From an uncultured Candidatus Woesearchaeota archaeon (GTDB lineage: Archaea > Nanobdellota > Nanobdellia > Woesearchaeales > B29-G15): a stretch of DNA of 56,679 bases. Under the pieces are notes generated by a model, which saw only the letters and a program-made list of their open reading frames with translations, did no database searches and had not been told where the DNA came from. How positions within the stretch are numbered: position 1 is the first letter of the stretch; every line of letters begins with the position of its first letter. Position numbers and translations under genes: made by a program. This document shows, piece after piece, positions 23,398 through 32,139 of the stretch. The stretch is taken from positions 1 through 56,679 of the forward strand of contig CAIWSB010000030.1 in NCBI GenBank assembly GCA_903915225.1. Direction: 5' to 3'.

Positions 23398-24807
23398 CTA
23401 AAAACTCCCAATGCTAATCATATCCCTTAGCGTGTCCTTCACGTTCCTTATTGTGCCGCCTGCCAGCTGGTAGTTCTTCACTGGTATGACCTTTGTGTTC
23501 TGGCCTGCTTCGTAGCCAATCTTCCTGATTGTCTTCTCTGCCTCAGCATCCCCGTCAACCAGGAAAATCCTCAGCATAATCTCCGGGTGGGACCTGAACT
23601 CTCGAGCTGCCAGTATTGCCTGCTGAACTGCGTCACCCTTCTCCGGGTCTGGCTTATCAGTCTGCGGCCTGCCATCTGTTATCAGGTAGGCAATTGAAGG
23701 CCCGCGGCCATCAAGCTTGTTGACTAGCCACTGCAGTGCAAGGTGCGTAGCTGTATAACCCGCAGGCTCGATTTCCTTCCAAAGCTCTAGCGCCGTAACA
23801 TCCTTTAGCTCGGTATTGTATACTGCCAGGGTTGTCTCGTTCTGAGGGTCAGCCTTTCTCATGCATGCGGTCAGCGCAAGGCAGGTCTTCCTGGCGATAA
23901 GCATCCTTTGGTTCTGTGTCATGCTGCCGCTGATATCCAGGCAAACAGCTGTTGGGACAGTGACCTTTGAATAGCCGTCGCGCTTTCCAACCAGCAGGTA
24001 TGGGTACGTCGGAACAGGATAGCCCTTCATCCTGGATAAGATTGCTGATTTCACCCAGTCAACATCCTTGAGTTGTGACAGGCTCTCAATCTGCTCATGG
24101 TTTTTCACAACACCCTCATAGGTTTCCTTGAGCTTGGCCATGAATCCCCCGCGGCCATCACTCGCCTCTATACCAGCAACTATCTCTTTGAGAAGAATAT
24201 CCTCAAGGGCATTGACCATCTGGCTCTCATCGAACTTGAGCTCGCCCTGGTCATCAACAGTCACATATTGAAGTTTTGAAATATGGCCTTGTAGCTGCGC
24301 TCTCACAATCTTGCTTGCATCCAGGGATTCGATAATCCTCTGGCGTTCCTCCTGCGCCTGGCAAACCACAGCAGCCTTCCTTTCCTCAAACTTCTGGGCA
24401 ACCTCGCCAGCTAACCGGGCCTTCTCATTGCCAATATTTGCACCCTGGTCAGCAAGGACACGCCTCTGCTCCTCTGCCTCCTTTAGCGCCTTTGCTTGTC
24501 TGGCTGCTTCCTCCTCTACCTGTGCCTTCTCTGCATTGAGCGCATCAATCTCAGCTGCAGTCTCAGTGTCCTGCATGTAGGTCTCGCAATACCTCCTCAA
24601 AAGCTTCTCTTTCTTTTTCTCATAACCCTTTGGTGAGAATGTCTTTGACATTGACAGCCCCCAGAGTGAAAATGGAGGCAGCTTCAGGTATGCATGGACA
24701 ATCTTCCTGAAATTTGGCTCGGTGTTGTATCTCTTGAGGTTTGATTCCACAGATTCATCTAATACATGATCGTCCTGCACTCTTCCCTCAAGATCGCCAT
24801 CGCTCAT
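23398..24807 (-). CDS. Operon protein 7: coiled-coil plus C-terminal von Willebrand factor A (MIDAS) domain
   Basis: MIDAS 'CLDISGSMT', downstream 'YLITDGRPQ'. A/E/Q-rich coiled-coil segment 'EAEEQRRVLADQ...'. 4-nt overlap with the upstream gene. Confidence 0.85.
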   Translation of the reverse strand: MSDGDLEGRVQDDHVLDESVESNLKRYNTEPNFRKIVHAYLKLPPFSLWGLSMSKTFSPKGYEKKKEKLLRRYCETYMQDTETAAEIDALNAEKAQVEEEAARQAKALKEAEEQRRVLADQGANIGNEKARLAGEVAQKFEERKAAVVCQAQEERQRIIESLDASKIVRAQLQGHISKLQYVTVDDQGELKFDESQMVNALEDILLKEIVAGIEASDGRGGFMAKLKETYEGVVKNHEQIESLSQLKDVDWVKSAILSRMKGYPVPTYPYLLVGKRDGYSKVTVPTAVCLDISGSMTQNQRMLIARKTCLALTACMRKADPQNETTLAVYNTELKDVTALELWKEIEPAGYTATHLALQWLVNKLDGRGPSIAYLITDGRPQTDKPDPEKGDAVQQAILAAREFRSHPEIMLRIFLVDGDAEAEKTIRKIGYEAGQNTKVIPVKNYQLAGGTIRNVKDTLRDMISIGSF

Positions 24808-25490
24808 TTTCGGAAGTACCCCCCTATTTTACCAAAGAAACTCTTGGCTGCACTGTAAATAGCATGGAATGGCCCCCTGTGCGCCTTGGGCTCCTCAACC
24901 TTGTCCTCAACTTTATCCTCAAGCCCGCCTGGCTCAGCCCCGCCTGCTATGTCCTCAAGTTTTTTGTCTTCATAATCAATTCCTTTCTCCCAACCGTCAA
25001 TTCCTGAGGCTTTCTTCCTAAGCTCCATCTTCTTCTTGCCGCCAAGTGCATTGAGGCGCTCGTTTATTGTCCTGTGCAGCTCAAGCATCCTGGCCTGCGC
25101 TGCTGTGTACGCTGTCCTCTTCTCTTCCAGCACCTGGTCTGTCTCCTGGTTCAATATCCCAAGTTGCTTGGCGCGCTCGGCATAGGCTGCATCCAGCTCC
25201 TCAAGCCTGCATTTCTTCTCTTCCTCAGTCTCAGCCACCCTTGCCTCAGAATAGTTGATTATCTGCCCAAGTGCATTTCTCCTCTGGTGGCTTATGTTTG
25301 GCTCGATCTTTTCCTGAAGCGCCCTAGCCACGTCACCTGTTAGGAGTTGGTCCAGGGCATATTCCGCTGAACTACCCTGCTGCCATGCAGTCATCAAAAT
25401 AGCCAGGATATCCGCATCAACCGCAGATAGGTCGATGACAGGAACCCTGAACAACTTACAGTCTGCATGCTCGTAGTCCTGGATTCTCAT
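24804..25490 (-). CDS. Operon protein 6: coiled-coil protein, unknown function
   Basis: 228 aa, heptad-like E/K/L/A-rich centre. 1-nt gap to the upstream AAA+ gene. Confidence 0.7.
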   Translation of the reverse strand: MRIQDYEHADCKLFRVPVIDLSAVDADILAILMTAWQQGSSAEYALDQLLTGDVARALQEKIEPNISHQRRNALGQIINYSEARVAETEEEKKCRLEELDAAYAERAKQLGILNQETDQVLEEKRTAYTAAQARMLELHRTINERLNALGGKKKMELRKKASGIDGWEKGIDYEDKKLEDIAGGAEPGGLEDKVEDKVEEPKAHRGPFHAIYSAAKSFFGKIGGYFRK

Positions 25491-25491
25491 A

Positions 25492-27792
25492 CTATTTCGC
25501 CTGTTCTAATCCCTCGTATGAAGCCACGTGGTAAGCAACCAGGTCAGTCACCTGGCCTGTTGTCATATTCTTTATCAATGGCTGTTCCTTGAACAGGAAG
25601 TCCATGAAAGGATACATGATCCTAGCCTTGGCAAGCTTCTCATCGCGAGGGCTTTCCATGGCTGCCTTAACTGCGGTGTAATTCTTGACAGCCTTCTCAG
25701 GGTTGGACCTGTATGTCTCAATCTCAGCTGTGAAGCTGGCAATTGTCCCTTCTACCTGCTTGTCTCTAATTGCTATCTTCTTGGTCACATTGCACCAGAA
25801 TTCCTTCTCCTCAGCCCTGAGGAATATTGGGTACTGCTCCTCAACCCAGGCATTCAGTGTTTCCTTGGTCTTCTGGCTTTTCTCCCTTTCCTGGATTTGA
25901 ACACGGCTGTCGATTGCGAACTGGATACCGGCAATTACATACTTCTGGTTTGGCATGCTGGGCATCTCCTCGAAGAATAGGTTGTCCACAATCCACATGG
26001 CAGCTGTTGCATCCAGTGAGTCGTTGATGCATCTTTGGCTTCCCATTATATTCTTCTTGCCCTCGTCCTTGTTCTCGTTCCTGAACTTCTTGTACATGGC
26101 TCCAATAGCCCTAACCATGGTTGATGGTATCGGCGTGTCACTCATCTTGTACCTTGGCTCAACATGGGTGTCTCCTATATCCACCTGCGAGGCCTCGTGG
26201 CCTTCACCGTAATATGTGCTTCTGATTATCCTGAAGAGTGTGTCCTCATCCTCAGGGTACCTTATTGCTATCAGGAACACACGGTCGTTGAATGCCTCTG
26301 AGAACTGGGTCTCATCGTTTGCAGTTGCAATCATCAGTGAGTTGGCTGGCACCAGAACCCTCATCTGGTCTGGCTTCACGCGCTTCTCTGAGAGCGCCAT
26401 GAGCAAGTGATCCTGGGTTGGCTGCCTTAGCTTGTCGCAGTCCTCCATGATGAACATTCCGTTGTTGGTCCTGCTGACTATTCCTGCGTTGAACATGTTT
26501 GGGTCATAGTCATGGTTGTTTGGATCTGAATTGTTGAACTGTGGCAGCTTGTAACCACGCAGGTCCTGCCCCATGAGGTCAACTGTACCTTCAACAAACT
26601 CAATCCCGTGGCCTTCGCTGAAGCCCACCACCTGCACTGGCACATCCTTTGGCTTGGGTGCGTGGAATATCTTGGTCTTCTTGTAGTTTGGATCATATTT
26701 TTCCATGCACTCCTCACATGCAGGCACGACCTTGGCAAACTCGGGGTCAAACAGGCTGAACGGGTTGCATCCCACCTGGCAGTCAGGCACTACAAAACGT
26801 ATGACTATCTGCTTGGCAATCTCCACAATGTCCTTTGCAGTCTGGGATTTACCACTACCTGGCATTCCGTAGAACAGGAAGTGGTCCTTACCGCTCATCA
26901 TCAGTGCGAGAACTATCCTCTCTGCACGGGCTGGCTCCAGCACTGACTTAGGGAAGAAGCTGATCATTGTCTCCTTCTTGACCTCTTCCTCCAGGTTCTT
27001 CGGGGCTTCCCCGCCCAGTGATGATGCCTCCATTGCATCAAGAGCGTTCTCGAGCCTCATTGTGAACTCAGTCCTGTCACCCCAAGCCCTTATCTTGCTG
27101 TCCAGCTTGAATGATAGGTAACCCTTGTCCTCGCTGACTCCTGTGAGTGTTGCAATTGTCCCTTTTGGGAATTGGGATAATTTTTCAAGAGTATAAGGCT
27201 GCGGTGTGTTTGTGTCTGATATCGGCCCTTCGTAGTCAACCTTGAATCTGACCTTATGGCCGAGCTTCTTGTCAGCTACTACACCCTGGGCTAGCTTGTA
27301 TGCCCTTAGCGGCTTGTCTTCAGTTCCATATAGCTTCATTGCATCTGGTGGCAAATAAGCCCCGTAGCCTGGCTTGCACCATTTCTCGCCTGTTACACCT
27401 GCGAGGAGTGGCCTGTCAAACTCAACTGCAATCTGGTCGCCCTTCTTGCTGAATCCCTGGACAATTCCATCAAGCCCGTCAACCTTGTTGACTCCAACAG
27501 AGCCAACACCCTTGACTTTCATGCCTGGCTTGACTAGCTTCAATATCTTGGCTGGGTCAGTCACAACCTCGCCTGCGCGAAGCTCTTCGTATTCCACAAT
27601 TTGCTCCCACTCTCCAACCATTTCTGCGCTCATCACTGAGGCAATCTGGTCCCTTATGGCCTGAAGGCGCTTCAATGCGACAATTGATAAGTGTGACGGG
27701 AAATCCTTGGGTATAACACCTAGGTTTATCAGGTCCTGTCCTGTCTTTACTGTTTTCTCATTGTATTTCACAAGTAGATCTTGTAGTGCCAT
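25492..27792 (-). CDS. Operon protein 5: large AAA+ ATPase of the ChlI/BchI-MoxR (Mg-chelatase-like) type
   Basis: Walker A 'GMPGSGKSQTAKD', Walker B 'GMFIMEDCDKL', 'LMIATANDE', 'NDRVFLI'. Cys-rich insert 'CQVGCNPF...ACEEC' after Walker A. About 290-aa N-terminal region and about 200-aa C-terminal region with no recognisable domains. Confidence 0.85.
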   Translation of the reverse strand: MALQDLLVKYNEKTVKTGQDLINLGVIPKDFPSHLSIVALKRLQAIRDQIASVMSAEMVGEWEQIVEYEELRAGEVVTDPAKILKLVKPGMKVKGVGSVGVNKVDGLDGIVQGFSKKGDQIAVEFDRPLLAGVTGEKWCKPGYGAYLPPDAMKLYGTEDKPLRAYKLAQGVVADKKLGHKVRFKVDYEGPISDTNTPQPYTLEKLSQFPKGTIATLTGVSEDKGYLSFKLDSKIRAWGDRTEFTMRLENALDAMEASSLGGEAPKNLEEEVKKETMISFFPKSVLEPARAERIVLALMMSGKDHFLFYGMPGSGKSQTAKDIVEIAKQIVIRFVVPDCQVGCNPFSLFDPEFAKVVPACEECMEKYDPNYKKTKIFHAPKPKDVPVQVVGFSEGHGIEFVEGTVDLMGQDLRGYKLPQFNNSDPNNHDYDPNMFNAGIVSRTNNGMFIMEDCDKLRQPTQDHLLMALSEKRVKPDQMRVLVPANSLMIATANDETQFSEAFNDRVFLIAIRYPEDEDTLFRIIRSTYYGEGHEASQVDIGDTHVEPRYKMSDTPIPSTMVRAIGAMYKKFRNENKDEGKKNIMGSQRCINDSLDATAAMWIVDNLFFEEMPSMPNQKYVIAGIQFAIDSRVQIQEREKSQKTKETLNAWVEEQYPIFLRAEEKEFWCNVTKKIAIRDKQVEGTIASFTAEIETYRSNPEKAVKNYTAVKAAMESPRDEKLAKARIMYPFMDFLFKEQPLIKNMTTGQVTDLVAYHVASYEGLEQAK

Positions 27793-27795
27793 TCT

Positions 27796-29205
27796 TCATC
27801 CCTCCATTAGCTTGAACTTGATTCCGGACTTTTCGCAGAACTCCTTGTGGTTCTGGTAGAGCCAGAGGTTAACATTATTGTTCTGTTGATTGCTGAACAT
27901 GATGTTTGACTTAACCAGGACAAGCATATCCTTGCGCTGCTTGTCAGTTGCCTTCTCGAATCTGTCCATGAATCCCAAACTATCATGGTACTCCCTGATG
28001 CTGGCGTTCCATGACATTCTCGGGAGCAGCTCGTGAACAACCGGGTCGTCGGTTGCTGGGTAAACAAAAAACTCCAGCAGCTCAGTTGGCTGCATTAGCG
28101 CGAACTCCTTCCTATACTCTGGGTTGGCCTTTGCGCAGAGCTGGGTATGGATTTCACGAAGCTTCTCAATCAATTTCTTGAAGTCCAGGTAGCCCTCGCT
28201 GAGCGGCTTCTTCATTCCGCGGGCTGCGTTTGCATACATGGTTGTGAGGTCAGTGATCCTGCTCTCCAGCAAAGCTGGGCTTGGGGCAAAAATCCCCATC
28301 TTCACCAGGCTCACAAGGGTTTCCTGGTAGTCCTCACCATTGAGCACTATCAATCCACGGGGCTCTTCAGTAAATGGAGAGCCTCCAAAGTGAACTGCAA
28401 TGTTTCTGCCCTTGGTTGGCTCATACAGATAGAACATTGTGGAGCCATTGCAGTTGACTATGCATGAATTGGTTTCCACATCGAACACATTTGTTTCAGG
28501 CACTTCGTATCTGGATAAAGCGCCCATGCTCCTCCTCAGCGCAATGGCCTTAGAAGCAACATCATCAACCTTGCCCTTGTCCAGCAGGCTCAGCTTTGGC
28601 TCTGCCTTGATTGCATTCAATGCCTGTTCCAGCTCCATAAATCCCTGGACGAACCTCTCTGGGGTTTCCAGCTGAAGCCTTAGTGTATATTGGCCTTTGT
28701 TGAATTTCTCTGGGAAAAGATGAGCTTCCTCAAGGCACAAGGGCTCCCCATCGGCGCCTGGCGCAAGGCAGCTCACTGTACCGTAAAGTGCTGAGTGTAT
28801 TGTAAAATCCATCAGGAGTTTCTTGCCATCAATAAAGAGGTTTTCCAGCAATGGGTTTAGGAACTGGCGTTCTGACAGTAAGTGATCTGCAACATTTTGG
28901 TTTAATGATGCAATTACGATTGTGTTTGGGTTTGATTGGCCGTTGAAAGCCCCTGAGATGTCAATTGCACTGGGCGTTTCCCCTTCGTAGCCCATTGCTT
29001 GCAGGGCTGCTGCGTATCGTGCTCGTTCTTCACCCTGGAGCTGGTAAAGCTTTGGTGCAACAACCAGGAGCTGGCTCTCTGGTACGTAGGCTGAGAAGGC
29101 AATGAAATCCTTCTCCAGCTGGTTCGTGTCAACATACCCGGACTTGCCGCTAGCAACTCGCTTCAAAAAGTGATTGTCCGCCAGGGTCTGAAGATCGATG
29201 CTCAT
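27796..29205 (-). CDS. Operon protein 4, unknown function
   Basis: 469-aa ORF, 3-nt gap to the downstream gene and 7-nt gap to the upstream gene. No recognisable motifs. Confidence 0.7.
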   Translation of the reverse strand: MSIDLQTLADNHFLKRVASGKSGYVDTNQLEKDFIAFSAYVPESQLLVVAPKLYQLQGEERARYAAALQAMGYEGETPSAIDISGAFNGQSNPNTIVIASLNQNVADHLLSERQFLNPLLENLFIDGKKLLMDFTIHSALYGTVSCLAPGADGEPLCLEEAHLFPEKFNKGQYTLRLQLETPERFVQGFMELEQALNAIKAEPKLSLLDKGKVDDVASKAIALRRSMGALSRYEVPETNVFDVETNSCIVNCNGSTMFYLYEPTKGRNIAVHFGGSPFTEEPRGLIVLNGEDYQETLVSLVKMGIFAPSPALLESRITDLTTMYANAARGMKKPLSEGYLDFKKLIEKLREIHTQLCAKANPEYRKEFALMQPTELLEFFVYPATDDPVVHELLPRMSWNASIREYHDSLGFMDRFEKATDKQRKDMLVLVKSNIMFSNQQNNNVNLWLYQNHKEFCEKSGIKFKLMEG

Positions 29206-29212
29206 ATCACTC

Positions 29213-30985
29213 TCACCTCGCCACTGAGGCTGCCTCCGATTTGCTTGTATCCTTCCTTTGGATTACTGCCTGGTAGAAGCGGTCCACATCGTTCGCTTTC
29301 CTGGACTCTTCAGCCTTGCGCTCTATTTCCATTCTTGTGTTTATGTAATCATCAATCTGGAAAATTACGTTGTCCTTTGTGATTAGGCCTTTTACCTTAT
29401 CTGTTCTGTAAGCAAGCTTATCTTCAAAGGGCTTGGTCAGCATTTCCTCAGGCACATCGTACTCTCCCCTAATCCTTCTGCAGACTGAGGTGATTTCCCT
29501 GTTTGAGAGTTTTGAGCCAAGCAAATATTGCCCAACATAGGCCCAGTCGTCTTCAGTCATCTCAATGCCTCCAGAAGCCCCCTTGGTGAGGAGACTCTTG
29601 GCTAGGGCAGTGAAGTCCTCGGCCTTGTCAAACCTCTTGTGCTCGATAATCTCATCAAAGAGCCTGCTCTTGGTGGCATCATCAATGCCCTGGAGTTCGT
29701 TGGCATCCATGATTACCATGAACTTGCCGTTCTTTGGTATGAGCGTGCCATCAAACATCTTGTTGTAAACAGCCAGAGTCTGCTTCTGCTCAATCCTAAG
29801 GTCTGGGTCTTTTCTGGAGACAAGTATTGTGTCTGCATCTGCAACATACATGACAACAATCCCCTTGAAATCCTTGATCTCCTTGGCCAGTGTGTTCAGC
29901 GCGTTTGCTGTCTCGTTCTGGTAAGATGTTGCATAGTCTGTTGAGCTGTGGGTATATGCCTTAAACGGTATGCCCAGCTTCTTGCAGAGATCGCCGAATG
30001 ACTGTACCATGGCGTGCGCTGTAAACGTCTTGCCTCCACCTGGCTCGCCGTATGTGAATATGCAGAATGCTGGGTCCATTGGGTTCTTGTTGCGGTCAAC
30101 ATCGTAGCATGCCAGCTTCATCAGGTTTCTCCATAGCTTTTCACCCAGCTCTTGAGTTCCGATAACGTCCTCTTTCTTTACCTGCATGAATTTGTCGTCT
30201 ATCTCAACAGAGTCAAACCTGCGCTTGAATTCCCCGTCCTTCATTGAGAAGGTCTTGTACTTCAGGTTGAGGCCTTTTACGCCGCGGGCCTCTGCCACCT
30301 TATCATGGGTGTACCAGTTGAATTGGTTAACCCATGTTGTGAATATGTTCTCGAGCACAACCTTCAGCTGCTCATCCATGTTCTTGCCATCAGCCTCAAT
30401 GCTCCTCCTGAGGTCAGTTGTTGCGGAATCTGCGAGGAAGGCCATCAGCAGCTCGTTATCTGGCGTTGCATCTAGCTTTGTCCCAAAATTGAACTTCTTC
30501 TTTGTGTTGGTCCCGGTTGACTTTAGAATTGCCAATCCTACCTGGCCTGCGAAGTACAATGCGTATCTGTTTGAAAAGAACACTGCCTCATTAACCTCCT
30601 TCTCTAGTGTGGCAAGCTCACCGTTGGGCTTGACATCCTCGCCCTTCTGCTGCCTGTCAAACTGGGCCTGCTTCAATGAGTTTAGCCTTGCCTCAAGGGT
30701 TTCAACATCCATCTCCTGCCTTAGGGCAATTGATGCTGCGCGGAAAACTCCAAGTGCTGCCTCGTATCCCTCAAGGTATTGAATCTGCTGGATACTGGGT
30801 CTTGTGCTCTTTGAGAGCAGCTCAATAATTGTCTGGTAGAGGTTGGGGCTCAGTGTTGCAGCCTTGTCCTCCTGATCCCTTAGCAAGTAAGCCTCAATGA
30901 TAGCATGACTGGTGCTGATTACTTCCCGAACTCTCTCTTCTCCATTCTCAACGTCTTTGTCCATTACAATGTCTTTAGTTACCAT
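29213..30985 (-). CDS. Operon protein 3: AAA+ ATPase (classical-clade-like) with a ~300-aa unknown N-domain
   Basis: Walker A 'GEPGGGKTFTA', Walker B 'IVVMYVADAD', sensor-1-like 'FMVIMDAN', 'ATKSRLFDEII'. TAATG 1-nt overlap with the upstream gene. Confidence 0.85.
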   Translation of the reverse strand: MVTKDIVMDKDVENGEERVREVISTSHAIIEAYLLRDQEDKAATLSPNLYQTIIELLSKSTRPSIQQIQYLEGYEAALGVFRAASIALRQEMDVETLEARLNSLKQAQFDRQQKGEDVKPNGELATLEKEVNEAVFFSNRYALYFAGQVGLAILKSTGTNTKKKFNFGTKLDATPDNELLMAFLADSATTDLRRSIEADGKNMDEQLKVVLENIFTTWVNQFNWYTHDKVAEARGVKGLNLKYKTFSMKDGEFKRRFDSVEIDDKFMQVKKEDVIGTQELGEKLWRNLMKLACYDVDRNKNPMDPAFCIFTYGEPGGGKTFTAHAMVQSFGDLCKKLGIPFKAYTHSSTDYATSYQNETANALNTLAKEIKDFKGIVVMYVADADTILVSRKDPDLRIEQKQTLAVYNKMFDGTLIPKNGKFMVIMDANELQGIDDATKSRLFDEIIEHKRFDKAEDFTALAKSLLTKGASGGIEMTEDDWAYVGQYLLGSKLSNREITSVCRRIRGEYDVPEEMLTKPFEDKLAYRTDKVKGLITKDNVIFQIDDYINTRMEIERKAEESRKANDVDRFYQAVIQRKDTSKSEAASVAR

Positions 30986-32121
30986 TAGTACTTCACCACC
31001 CTTACCTTCTGTCCTTCAACTGAACCTGAAACTTGAGCAGAGTACTGGCTTGGGCAAACTATGAACTCATCCCTCCAGTCCTCCATGTAGAGCTCCTGCT
31101 TTACCCCCTCTTTTGTGTTAATTGTATTTGGGGCAAATGAGTATTGGATGCTTGCCCTCAAAATCCCGGCGTTTTGGTCATCCTTTAGTATGGCTCCTGT
31201 AACCGGCAGCCTCTGATATGGGTTGCTGGAACTGGTCAGGAACCTGTTTTCAAAAGGGCCGATGAGCGCCCTGGTTACGTGGAATGGGTGCAGGCCTGGG
31301 AAATCCTCATCCAGCTTGCTGATTATGAACCAGCCGGTGTTTTCCTCTGAGAAATTGAGGCTTGCCTTCAGCATTGGTGCAATCTCCACTCCGTTCTCTG
31401 TCTCTGTGAAATATGAACTATGAAGCATCTCCTCCCAGGCGTGGATTATGTAAATCTGGAACATCCCGCTGGCAAGTGAGTATGACACAAGGTTAATGGC
31501 CCAGCAGGTCTCCCCACCGCGCCTCTCAATCTTGACAGCCTTTGGCTCTTTGCATTTCCCAATTAGGTTGTAGCCGACAAGCTCAGCATTGGTTAGCTGC
31601 TCAAGGAAGTTCCTCTTCATGGCGGCAGTTTGTATATTCCCGGCTTGCATTACAACCTGGTCAATGGATACATCATCGGTTTTTAGCATGTCAGCCAATT
31701 GCTGTGCAGACTGATCATAGCTGGGCATCTCTTCGAGAAGCTGTGGGGATTGCTCCTTAAGCCTCTGCAGTGTTATGAAGTTATACTGCCATGGAAGCCC
31801 TGTGTTAGAATTGATTTCGATTTCGTCAAAGTAACCTCGGTTCATTTGGGGCTCGTTGGGGAAAGTTAGCCAATCCAGCCACTGGTATTGCTCCTGGACT
31901 AATTTTATTTGCTCTGCCAGCGCAGCTGGGTTGTCAACTATGTTTGGAATCCTACTCCAATCCCATTCGTGCTTTTTCCCAAATTCCCTAAGGGTCTCTG
32001 TTAAGACAATATTTTTGGTTCCAGAAACTGCAGAAACCAGAGCTGCCAGTGCACTATTTACTTGGCGCATGTACGCGTTCTTTTCGCCTCCTTTGATAGT
32101 GTACTGGCTAGCTTGGTTCAT
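30985..32121 (-). CDS. Operon protein 2, unknown function
   Basis: 378-aa ORF, tightly packed in the operon. No recognisable motifs. Confidence 0.7.
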   Translation of the reverse strand: MNQASQYTIKGGEKNAYMRQVNSALAALVSAVSGTKNIVLTETLREFGKKHEWDWSRIPNIVDNPAALAEQIKLVQEQYQWLDWLTFPNEPQMNRGYFDEIEINSNTGLPWQYNFITLQRLKEQSPQLLEEMPSYDQSAQQLADMLKTDDVSIDQVVMQAGNIQTAAMKRNFLEQLTNAELVGYNLIGKCKEPKAVKIERRGGETCWAINLVSYSLASGMFQIYIIHAWEEMLHSSYFTETENGVEIAPMLKASLNFSEENTGWFIISKLDEDFPGLHPFHVTRALIGPFENRFLTSSSNPYQRLPVTGAILKDDQNAGILRASIQYSFAPNTINTKEGVKQELYMEDWRDEFIVCPSQYSAQVSGSVEGQKVRVVKY

Positions 32122-32139
32122 TTTAGTTCCCCCTCAAAC

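Noticed and set aside
30186-30782. A 198-aa plus-strand ORF, with similar cases at 25528..25980, 43133..43630, 44072..44626, 44873..45352 and 48946..49596.
   Set aside because: They are antisense to genes with clear family motifs (AAA+, CopA, TIM barrel, NeuB-family synthase). They have low-complexity S/L/F-rich composition and no initiation signals.
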